A stretch of 53,221 bases of DNA from a virus (lineage: Duplodnaviria; Caudoviricetes): positions 1-53,221 of the IMG/VR virus record IMGVR_UViG_3300007734_000725; one strand, 5' to 3'. Below are positions 44,766 to 53,221 of the stretch, one piece after another. How positions within the stretch are numbered: position 1 is the stretch's first letter; the number at the start of each line of letters is the position of its first letter. The position numbers were made by a program, and so were the translations under genes. A model generated the notes under the pieces. That model had not been told where the DNA came from. It ran no database searches and saw nothing but the letters and a program-made list of their open reading frames with translations.

Positions 44766-47700
44766 ATGGCATTTGACGTCAAAGGTGCTTTAAAGGACGG
44801 ATATAGCCCGGCCGAAATCGCTGATTACCTTGCCAGCAAAAGAAACTTCGACGTTGCCGCCGCCCGCAAGGACGGCGTTAGCGACGACGAAATTATTAGC
44901 CATTTGGTAAGCCGGGTTGATGCCCCCAAAGCTGCGCCTGTGGAAGAAGCGCCCGCTGTGCCTGCGGCTGCCCGTGCGCCTGCGCCCGCTCCCGCGCCTG
45001 CTAAACCAGCCGATACCCGTGGCGTCTTGCAAAAAGTCAAAGACTTTGTCACGCCAGAATACAAGAGTGTGTTGGACACAGCGGCGCCTCCAACGGCGCA
45101 AGAACAACAAGCCGAGATCGACAAGCGCCTGAGTTACGGCGCAGGTCCAGTTAGCAAAGGCACTGTTGCCCAAGCTGATCTGGTCCGCAGCGGCATAACT
45201 CGGACAGAAGACGAGCGCGTCAAACAAGTAGCGCAGGAGATGGACCTGCGGGGCGAAGAATCTATTGGCGGGTTAATTGAGCGCGCTAAGAGGCCTGAGA
45301 ATGTAGCCGCCGCGCGAGACGCAAAAGCTGAAGAATTCCGTACCGCTGGGCAGTGGGCCTTTGATACATTGGTTTCCGCACCCGCTCAGTTTGGCGCGTC
45401 GTTTCTTAGCTTGCCCGTCAACATCATTGCGCCAAGCAGCGCCATTGGCGAAACACTTCGCAAAGCGCAAAAAGATTTTAAAGATCTTGAGTCAGATCAA
45501 CTTAAAGCTCGCCAAGCTCGCATGGCCGCCCGGGTCAATAACGAAGAAGGCTTTATCAATCAGTACGCAACAGTTGTTGGCGAGCTGGTGTCTAGCCCGT
45601 CAATGGCTTTGCAAGAAACGGTCAAGCAGGCCGGTTACTTCTTGGGTGTGCTTGGTTTGGCCAGAGCTGGAAGTGCGGCTGCCGGCGGCTTGGTTGGCCT
45701 TGCTGGCCGCGCAAGCCCGACGCTGGCGTTGGGCGAGGCTATCAGCGGTGGGGCTATTAAAACCGGCGCTCAAATAGCAGGGGCTGCCGTGGGCGGACGT
45801 ACGGCTTCCATGCTTATGGCCGGTGGTGACGCCGCAGGGTCTACTTACGAAGCACTGACAGACCCCAATAAAACACCGCTTAAAGAGTGGCAAAAGAACG
45901 AAGACTACCAACGCTTGACTGCCGGGGGGATGTCTAGCAAAGACGCAATCAAAGAACTTGCTACAACAAAAGCGCGCATTGCCGCTGCAATTGTGGCGCC
46001 GCTTGGCCTTTTTGGTTATGCCGGTGCTGAGGCTGCCATAGTTTCTCGGGGTATTGCCAAGTCTTTAAACCAGCGACTGGCAACCCAAAGCGGCGCAAAG
46101 ATTTTTGGCAAAGAACTTGTTGGCGAAAACATTGAAGAGATGGGAACTCAGCTGGGTAGCAACGTTGTTACCCAAACCGTAAACCCAAATCAAGATTTGT
46201 TAGAAGGTGTGGCCGAAGCCGGCGCTACCGCTACGGTAACCTCTGGCCCGTTCGCTGCGCTTGCAGCCAGAAACGAATACAAACAAGCTCTTGCTGGCCA
46301 ACCCGGGGGCGCGCAGTTTGCAGGCTCGGACCAAGCGGCTCGCTACTTACTTAATCCCCAGACTTACGACGCCCGGTTGATCAGCCCACTGGAAACGTCG
46401 GACCCGTCGCGCATCTTGCAATCGACATCGGTTGACGACGCGGTTGCATCGGCAAATGAATTGGCTGGATCGCTGGAGATCACCCCCGGCCCAGTCGCGC
46501 CAGCACCTTTAGGACCCATAGACACGTTGGGCCGGGTTGAGCCAACGTTTGATCCCAACGCCCCTCTGGCCCCACTGCCCGCCCTTGACACTATGCAGGC
46601 CCTTACCCTGCCTGAGCCAAGTGTTGCTACCGAACAACAGTTTGGTTTGGACAAGTTGCGTTTGAATGCGCCACGCCCACAAAAGATTCAAGGTGTTGCG
46701 GTTTCGCAACTGTCTGACGACCAGCTTCAAACCATTGCAACCGACGAATCCGTCCCCGCAATCACCCGCAGGGGCGCGTCAGTTGAGCTTACAGCGCGTC
46801 AAGCCGAAGGGGCTGGTACTACCCCAGCCACTGGACTTACAAACGCCCCTAGCGTACCATTGGCCAATGCACCAACCGACCAAAACGCAGGCATCATTGC
46901 CGACAAAACTCTTACCCTCCCAGAATCGGAAATGTCTGGTGCCGCAATTGCGCCAGTGGGAGGAGAGTCTGCCGCAGCCGGAGCTAGAGCAACTGCACAA
47001 GCTGCTATCGACAGGTGGGCTACTTCCAACGGTGTAGAAAGCCCGGCGATCTTTAACGCGTCTCCAGCAAATCTGGACAGCGCGATCAATGAAATTGCTC
47101 AGGCTTTAAACAGCCAATTCAGTGGTAGGGTTTACGCTTATAACGACGATCGCTCTAACGCCATAAACGGCGTGGCCATTGGCGGCACAGCCTTTATCAA
47201 TACCGCCAACGTTGACACCAACGTTGCGCGCACGGGCCTTCATGAATTCCACCACACGATTGAACAGCTTGCAAAGCTGGAAACCAATCAAGGCCTGACC
47301 GACACGCCGGCGCAGCGGTACGTGGCCAGCATGAACGGTGTCTTTGATGACATGACCGATGTGGGTAAGCGCGCATACCTTGAAAACTTCTTGCTGAAAG
47401 AAGAGCTGGATGCAATTGCAGATCCTGTTGCGCGAGAGCAACGCCTGCAAGAAGCTATGGCCGGCAAGACCATACGGTCTGAAATGACTGCCGACTTCCT
47501 AGGCAACAGGGCTACAGACAAGAAATTCTGGGAAGACGTGGCGGCTGCTGACCCACAAGGCTTTAAAGGTTTTGTCGACAGATGGATTAAGATCATTGAC
47601 AATTTGATCGACACGCTTAAAGGCACGGCAACTCAAGGCGGGAAAGAATCTGCCAAGGTCGACACCTACTTGCGCGATTTGAACAAGGCAAAAGCAATAG

Positions 47701-50700
47701 CCCGCGACGCCCTCGTTGCGTATAACAAAGGAATTCAAAATGGAAGCATTAACGTTGCAGCAGGTCAAGACGTATCAGGGCCTACAGCGTCAGCTCGACA
47801 ACTCGCTGGTGGAGATGGGGGCAGTCAAGCCCCAGAATACGGAACAGCCCGCGAAGGCGCCGTCTCCGTTATCGGCCGGCACTACTCAACCGAAGCCCGC
47901 ACTTCGTTAAATGGAGCTTATTATGGGACTGGTCTCAAAGGTGCAGAGCGCGATCGACTGGACGGTAGCCCAGATCCTCGCCTCAAAAATCGCGTTTACT
48001 TCTATGTTGACCAAGGCGCCGGCGTCCGACCCGAAGCCGGAGTCGGAGGCATCGCCCACGAAGTCCGACTCAACAACATCTACGACCCCAAAACGCAGAT
48101 ACTTCCGGTCAAAGGAAACTTCAACGCCTTCGAATCCGCAGTAATCAATGGAGGTTTTGACGGCTATATTGCTCCCTTTGGAAACAATCAAGCGGCCGTC
48201 GTCCTGCTGGGCCCGCGCCACTCTGCCGTACCCGTGCGATCCTTGGGTCGCGTGGCCGGTGCCCCAGCCCCTACACCAGCCGAACCTACGACGCTGAAGA
48301 AGGGGCTTCTTTCCAAAGAGCTGGCCATCATCGAGGCTTCCCGTGTACCGGGTGCCCGTGTTGCTGCTGGCAATCTGGAGATCCCCGTTGCTTCACGCGA
48401 CGCAGCCAACACAGAACTGGAACGCATCGGCAGCGATGTTAGGTTTAGCAAGAAGCCCGCAAAGGCAGCGCCTGCTAGGGTTATGTTTGAGGTTGCCCCC
48501 GATCCTAACAATACCGAGCTTACCGCTCGTTGGGACGCGGTGCCCTTTGAACGCAAGATTGAGATCAGCCAAAGGGTTGCTGAGAAGATCATGCCTCAAG
48601 TGTTTAAGCTCGCCGGCGTTAGGGCTAAGATGACCACGCAGTTGGGCGGCTATCTTGAAAAAACAAGTCCTTCGTTTGCTGCGCTTGTCCCAAGCACGGC
48701 GTCTGCTGAGCAGCTTATGGATGTTGCGCGGCTGGGCGGGTTTGGTTTAGCCCAAGACAGCATGATGGTCTTAGATTCCAAACCTTTTGAAGGCTCATTC
48801 CCCACAGGTTTGATCACAATCACGTTGCCAGAAAACATGGTCGATCAAAAATCAGTCGACGCCGTTTATCAAGACTTGCGGCAGGTGTCGCCAGAAAACA
48901 TCAGTGGCCACACAACAGTTGGACAAGAGATGGTTTTGGCCGTTCCTTCTGCTAGTATGGACGACCTTGCATCAAAAATAGAAAGCGTTCTTGGCAGTCG
49001 TCCAGAGAGCTTTATTTTAAAAACCGGGGATGGCCAGATGGCCTTCCCATCCAAAGAGGAGTATGACTATGGTCAAGAGGGAACAGGGTCTCCCGAGCTT
49101 CTTGCAAAACGGGCAGAGGCTCGTCGCATCCGCGAAGAAGCCAGCGCCGCCATCGAAGCCGAACTCGCCAAAGATGAAAGTACCGGTGGGCGCAAAATAG
49201 ACACAGGCGTTTATCGCTCTGTTGCAGACGCCTTCGGCCTTTCCCAAGCAGAGTACAACGCCAGTGCTCTGCCCCTGATGCTGGGCGGCGTGAAGGACAA
49301 GATCTTCCGCGCTCCCAAAATTGGCGGCATTCCAGAAACCATTCAGTGGCTGGACCAGCGATACCAAGATTCAGGCATGCCAACCCTTGACATCAACAAG
49401 GCCGAGGACCGCGCGACCTTGGCCAAGCTGATGGCGGCCGAAGCCGTTGGCGCAATTCGAAGCGCTGGCAACGCAGTCGAATGGTACGACGAGACCATTG
49501 ACAAAATGCTAAGCATCATGTCGGTCAAGTACCCGGAGCTGAACACGGACCCTGACGCGCGCAATGCTTTCTTGATCGCCGTTGCCATCTCTTCTCAGAA
49601 AATGGATGTTGAATCCAATCTGACTTTTGCTTCCAGCCAGTACGAAGCCTTTCGCACAACAGGCAAATTCCCTGAGATTGGCCAAGGCACGGCCATCCCA
49701 GCCATGGTCAAAAACTTTGCATTGGCCAACAAGGTGATGGCTGACATGGGCCCGACCCTGTTGCGCCGGTTCTTGCAAACTGAATTCACCAAGCGTGAAT
49801 TAGAGACTGCTGGATTTCCAATTGGCTCCGAGTCAATGGACGAGAAAATGCTTGGCTCGGCCATCTTTGGACCCAAAATTGGATTTGGCTTTTACAGTAA
49901 CCTGACCGGCAACTTTGAACCAATCACCATGGACATGTGGTTCATGCGTTTTGTTGGCCGTCTAAGCGGCACCCTGCTGGCTTTTGACCCGGTCCTGTTT
50001 CCAAAGCAAGTGGCCAAGCTCCGTGCCGCTTTAAACGAAACCGGAGATTCAAGCCGTGGCGTTTATGCCGCAGACCTTAAGCCAGAAGATGTTGCTGCCG
50101 CGCAAGAAACCGACGAAGGCGCAATTGCTTTGGCGCGTAAAATAAACACCTTGCACAACCGGCAGTTCATCAAAGAACGTGAAGCATTTAACTCTGGCGC
50201 CCGCATCAAAACCGCTTTGGTAGGTGCGTCCAACTCGATCATTAAGTCTTCTGACAAGCCTACTGATGCACCGTCCAGCGGCGGTGAGCGCCAGCGCCTG
50301 CGTGACGTGACTCGACAGATGGTGGCTTTGGTTGAGGAGCAGACAGGTAATCGTGTGCCACCAGCGGCGTTGCAAGCGTTGGTCTGGTATCCAGAACAGG
50401 AGCTTTATAAAAAGCTGGGCGTTGATCTTGCAGTCACTAGCCAAGACTATGCGGGTGCGGCACAATTACTACTTAAGAAAGAAGGCTTTGATGAAAAACA
50501 AATCAGCGCAGCAGCCGAATCTGGACCAAGACAAGCACGACAAGTGGCTGGAAAGCAGGACGCCGGAACAACTGGACAGACTGGCCAGCCGACTGGGCGC
50601 ACTGGCCCGATCCAAGGAGAAGAGCGGGAAACTTTCATTGCAGCCCGAGTCCCCCTCAAAGACATCTTCGTTGGATTAGAAAAACGTGGCCTTGCCAAGG

Positions 50701-50825
50701 CTAACACGGAGGCTATGATTGCGCGTCGGTCAGATGCGGCCCAGATCCAATACATGCAGGACAATTTCCTCGACATCCTCGACGAGCTGGACACATCTGG
50801 CTTAGTCGAAATCAATTGCAAATAA
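44766..50825 (+). CDS. giant multidomain (polyvalent) virion protein: membrane-like region, zincin-like peptidase, ART-like domain, HhH-glycosylase-like domain
   Basis: 2019 aa; HEFHH...SEMTAD (47241-47495); GRHYS...RVYFY...GGFDGY (47870-48170); WYDE...ISSQ...GPKIG..FYSNLTG....TMDMWFMR...LQALVW (49480-50390). Confidence 0.8.
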   Translation: MAFDVKGALKDGYSPAEIADYLASKRNFDVAAARKDGVSDDEIISHLVSRVDAPKAAPVEEAPAVPAAARAPAPAPAPAKPADTRGVLQKVKDFVTPEYKSVLDTAAPPTAQEQQAEIDKRLSYGAGPVSKGTVAQADLVRSGITRTEDERVKQVAQEMDLRGEESIGGLIERAKRPENVAAARDAKAEEFRTAGQWAFDTLVSAPAQFGASFLSLPVNIIAPSSAIGETLRKAQKDFKDLESDQLKARQARMAARVNNEEGFINQYATVVGELVSSPSMALQETVKQAGYFLGVLGLARAGSAAAGGLVGLAGRASPTLALGEAISGGAIKTGAQIAGAAVGGRTASMLMAGGDAAGSTYEALTDPNKTPLKEWQKNEDYQRLTAGGMSSKDAIKELATTKARIAAAIVAPLGLFGYAGAEAAIVSRGIAKSLNQRLATQSGAKIFGKELVGENIEEMGTQLGSNVVTQTVNPNQDLLEGVAEAGATATVTSGPFAALAARNEYKQALAGQPGGAQFAGSDQAARYLLNPQTYDARLISPLETSDPSRILQSTSVDDAVASANELAGSLEITPGPVAPAPLGPIDTLGRVEPTFDPNAPLAPLPALDTMQALTLPEPSVATEQQFGLDKLRLNAPRPQKIQGVAVSQLSDDQLQTIATDESVPAITRRGASVELTARQAEGAGTTPATGLTNAPSVPLANAPTDQNAGIIADKTLTLPESEMSGAAIAPVGGESAAAGARATAQAAIDRWATSNGVESPAIFNASPANLDSAINEIAQALNSQFSGRVYAYNDDRSNAINGVAIGGTAFINTANVDTNVARTGLHEFHHTIEQLAKLETNQGLTDTPAQRYVASMNGVFDDMTDVGKRAYLENFLLKEELDAIADPVAREQRLQEAMAGKTIRSEMTADFLGNRATDKKFWEDVAAADPQGFKGFVDRWIKIIDNLIDTLKGTATQGGKESAKVDTYLRDLNKAKAIARDALVAYNKGIQNGSINVAAGQDVSGPTASARQLAGGDGGSQAPEYGTAREGAVSVIGRHYSTEARTSLNGAYYGTGLKGAERDRLDGSPDPRLKNRVYFYVDQGAGVRPEAGVGGIAHEVRLNNIYDPKTQILPVKGNFNAFESAVINGGFDGYIAPFGNNQAAVVLLGPRHSAVPVRSLGRVAGAPAPTPAEPTTLKKGLLSKELAIIEASRVPGARVAAGNLEIPVASRDAANTELERIGSDVRFSKKPAKAAPARVMFEVAPDPNNTELTARWDAVPFERKIEISQRVAEKIMPQVFKLAGVRAKMTTQLGGYLEKTSPSFAALVPSTASAEQLMDVARLGGFGLAQDSMMVLDSKPFEGSFPTGLITITLPENMVDQKSVDAVYQDLRQVSPENISGHTTVGQEMVLAVPSASMDDLASKIESVLGSRPESFILKTGDGQMAFPSKEEYDYGQEGTGSPELLAKRAEARRIREEASAAIEAELAKDESTGGRKIDTGVYRSVADAFGLSQAEYNASALPLMLGGVKDKIFRAPKIGGIPETIQWLDQRYQDSGMPTLDINKAEDRATLAKLMAAEAVGAIRSAGNAVEWYDETIDKMLSIMSVKYPELNTDPDARNAFLIAVAISSQKMDVESNLTFASSQYEAFRTTGKFPEIGQGTAIPAMVKNFALANKVMADMGPTLLRRFLQTEFTKRELETAGFPIGSESMDEKMLGSAIFGPKIGFGFYSNLTGNFEPITMDMWFMRFVGRLSGTLLAFDPVLFPKQVAKLRAALNETGDSSRGVYAADLKPEDVAAAQETDEGAIALARKINTLHNRQFIKEREAFNSGARIKTALVGASNSIIKSSDKPTDAPSSGGERQRLRDVTRQMVALVEEQTGNRVPPAALQALVWYPEQELYKKLGVDLAVTSQDYAGAAQLLLKKEGFDEKQISAAAESGPRQARQVAGKQDAGTTGQTGQPTGRTGPIQGEERETFIAARVPLKDIFVGLEKRGLAKANTEAMIARRSDAAQIQYMQDNFLDILDELDTSGLVEINCK

Positions 50826-50834
50826 GGGTTTACC

Positions 50835-51326
50835 ATGACACCAACAATGATCATCTCCGCTGACATCAAGCGCATGCTTGACGACGCAATCCACGCTGAG
50901 CTTTACGCAGCAAACCTGTACAAGCACATTGCCAATCAGGTGCAGCGCCTTGGCTACCTTGGCGCAATGAAATTCTTTTTGAAAGAAAGCGAAGCCGAGT
51001 TAAATCACTACCAACTGCACGCCCAATTTCAAAACGACGTGGGCACTGTGGCCAAGGTCCCGATGATTGAAGCCATGACCGATTCGGTCAAGTCTTTTTC
51101 TGACGCCATGGAACTGGCTTATGAAACTGAGCTTGAGTTGTACAACACCTACAAAAATATGTACTCTCAGACCAGTAGCGACCCCGTGGTTCAGCAATTC
51201 CTGCTTCAGTTCTTGGAGCTACAGCGCACCAGCGTTGGTGAGTATGGCGATTTGCTTGCCCGTATCCAGTTAGTGGATGGCGACAAGGCAGGCATGCTCT
51301 TGATCGATCAGGAGCTGGGAGCCTGA
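50835..51326 (+). CDS. ferritin-like di-iron four-helix protein
   Basis: AELYAANLY, GAMKFF...SEAELNH, AYETE, D.VVQQFL.QFLELQ match the FtnA helix pattern. Confidence 0.85.
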   Translation: MTPTMIISADIKRMLDDAIHAELYAANLYKHIANQVQRLGYLGAMKFFLKESEAELNHYQLHAQFQNDVGTVAKVPMIEAMTDSVKSFSDAMELAYETELELYNTYKNMYSQTSSDPVVQQFLLQFLELQRTSVGEYGDLLARIQLVDGDKAGMLLIDQELGA

Positions 51327-51330
51327 CCAC

Positions 51331-53221
51331 ATGGCAACCTGTAAATACACGTTCATTGGTGCTGACGGTAAGAGCACCACGGTTGAGGGTATACCCGCCC
51401 TTAAAGAATTCCTGCTTCAAGGCGGGCTTGAACAATACTTGCCCGGTCGTGCAGCAGAAATGCTGGCGCCTAAAGCTGACGACGATGTCGGCACCCCTTT
51501 TGACGTAGCTTTTAGCGGCCGACAAACGCCGGCTAAAGATTGGCCCCGGGCAGAAGAGCCCGGCGAGTTTGAAGCCAAACCCGGTGACTCCATTACCGTG
51601 GTCCGCTTGGCCAACATGGAAGGCCTTGGAAACGCGAACGCCGCCAGTGTCCAAGGCTTGGCCAGCTACATCTCTATGATTGACGACGACGAGACCGGCG
51701 CTGGATCAGAGGGCGTCAACTCAGACAACATCTACGTGTACAAAGTCAAAGTTCCTGAAAGCGGCTTTGGTGAATACAACTTGATGCGCGGTGGCAAGAC
51801 CGTGTCTGGTAAAGGCTCTGAAAAAGATGGCCGCCAAGAAGCCCGCTATGGCGGCTACTGGTATTCATTTACCGAAGGCACAGAAGCCGATCTCCTTGCC
51901 ACCGTTCCTTTGGCCAACGTGCGCAAAGCGGCTGCAGTCATTGAAAGGGAGCGAGAAGACGCAGCACCTTGGAACAAAGGTCCCATGACCGATGAGCAAG
52001 CGGCTACGCTTAAAGGTAACTTTGATCGCATTGGCACCGAGGCAGGGACCAAAGCGTTGCGTGACGCGTTTGCTGGCGCAGGCATAAGCCTTAGCCGCCG
52101 CGAACAAAAGAACGCCGCTGCGAGCCGCGTATCCAACGTCAGTTCTGATCGATTCAAACGCACCGACGAATTGCAGCAAGCCGTCACTGACTTGCAAGAA
52201 GGCAAGATTACCCAAGACGAATACAACGCCATGGTCGACAACCTTCGCCCGGTTTATCCGTACGAAAAAGTCCCTGCGCTTACAACCCCGGCCGACGCTA
52301 AATATGCCTTGGCCAATGGCCGTGGTCAAAGCCTAGAGAAGGCGGCCAAGTACGGCCTGCCATCAGACACCTTGGCCAAAGGCGACTTTGCCCAGCTACG
52401 CTTGGACATCCCTTCGTACCAAGAGCACGACGCATGGGTGGTCAGTGTGCACACACCCAAGTCCACCAACCGTCAAGTGCAAGCAGCCTACGACGCAGGC
52501 ACTGTCATTGGATACGAATCTGCAGCAGCAATGACCGACGCAACTTTTGGCATGAACCAAAAGGCGGCAACCAAGATTGCACAGGGTACAAGCAAGGGCA
52601 CGATTGCCACCATACTTGGAAAGTGGAAACCAATCAGCAACCAAGCCGCAAAGGTTCGGGCTGATGCTGCTATCAAGGACCCGGCTTGGACACAGGTGGG
52701 CATGGACCCATTCCGCCACAGTTACTTTTACGATCGCGACACAATGCGCCCAGTGCTGAGCGCCGATGAAGTGATTCAGCTCGGCCCTTTGGTGTTGGCC
52801 AAAAACGCCACCTTCAGCGAAGACGGCAAAGACATCACCGGCGCGCCAATTGCTTTTAGTCCTAGGGAAGGCGGCAGTCTTAACTCCAAACTTGAGCAGC
52901 TCATTCTGTCTGACTTTGGTGGCGCTGTTCGGCAGTACGCCGAAATTGAGGGGACCGAGAAGGGTAAGAAGATTGACGTCGACCTTATCCGCAACCTGTC
53001 CCCCGAGTACCGTGCAGACCGCAGCCTTGCACCACAAGTGCATGAGGCGTCCAGTGCATTCAGTCAGATGCTGTACGACCAACGGCTTGAAGAGTCTAGG
53101 CCGGGCGGCGTGATCACGTTTATGTCCGGTGGCGGCGGCGCGGGTAAGTCTTCAGCCGAAGCCCTGCTTAAGCCTATACTTGACGAATCGCACACAATCT
53201 TTGACGGCACGCTGTCCAGCA
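51331..53221 (+). CDS. second giant polyvalent protein, truncated by the window end; includes a zeta-toxin-like P-loop kinase
   Basis: Manual translation open for 630 codons from ATG 51331 (MATCKYTF...); RLDIPSY..WVVSVH...QVGMDPFRHSYFYDR...EVIQLGPLVLAKN domain; IDVDLIR...PEY...VHEASS, GGGGAGKSS, IFDGTLS. Confidence 0.85.
   Translation, partial: MATCKYTFIGADGKSTTVEGIPALKEFLLQGGLEQYLPGRAAEMLAPKADDDVGTPFDVAFSGRQTPAKDWPRAEEPGEFEAKPGDSITVVRLANMEGLGNANAASVQGLASYISMIDDDETGAGSEGVNSDNIYVYKVKVPESGFGEYNLMRGGKTVSGKGSEKDGRQEARYGGYWYSFTEGTEADLLATVPLANVRKAAAVIEREREDAAPWNKGPMTDEQAATLKGNFDRIGTEAGTKALRDAFAGAGISLSRREQKNAAASRVSNVSSDRFKRTDELQQAVTDLQEGKITQDEYNAMVDNLRPVYPYEKVPALTTPADAKYALANGRGQSLEKAAKYGLPSDTLAKGDFAQLRLDIPSYQEHDAWVVSVHTPKSTNRQVQAAYDAGTVIGYESAAAMTDATFGMNQKAATKIAQGTSKGTIATILGKWKPISNQAAKVRADAAIKDPAWTQVGMDPFRHSYFYDRDTMRPVLSADEVIQLGPLVLAKNATFSEDGKDITGAPIAFSPREGGSLNSKLEQLILSDFGGAVRQYAEIEGTEKGKKIDVDLIRNLSPEYRADRSLAPQVHEASSAFSQMLYDQRLEESRPGGVITFMSGGGGAGKSSAEALLKPILDESHTIFDGTLSS

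Noticed and set aside
47911-48144. Fourth nested +1-frame gene (MELIMGLVSK...)
   Set aside because: No RBS, S/P/T-rich composition typical of an off-frame read, and it overlaps a motif-rich part of the main frame
50790-50825. Split-intein C-terminus (...EINCK)
   Set aside because: No HN motif or other intein blocks, and only two residues would follow the Asn
1-53221. Alternative genetic code or stop-codon reassignment
   Set aside because: Core genes are full length in the standard code, and TAA, TAG and TGA all end genes

Overview
The window is most of a dsDNA tailed-phage genome with podovirus-type gene content. A freshwater betaproteobacterial host is a guess from composition and gene style, not shown by the sequence. 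Layout: (1) a leftward replication operon (family-A DNA polymerase, DUF2815 SSB, DUF2800 Cas4-like nuclease); (2) a rightward operon (Cro-like regulator, primase-helicase followed by an iteron array, VRR-NUC, SNF2 helicase, Q-like Zn-finger protein); (3) a leftward cluster of small early genes including DUF932, punctuated by two families of covarying RNA hairpins and preceded by a ~250-nt structured leader; (4) a rightward late region (terminase, portal, scaffold, N4-gp56-type capsid, tail tube, several fibres, lysis genes, ejection proteins) apparently driven by three similarly built promoter/leader-terminator units; (5) two giant multi-domain 'polyvalent' virion proteins separated by a ferritin-like gene, the first carrying RBS-led small ORFs overprinted in the +1 frame. 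No integrase, tRNA, rRNA or CRISPR array was seen. Family assignments come from motif recognition by eye, not database searches.
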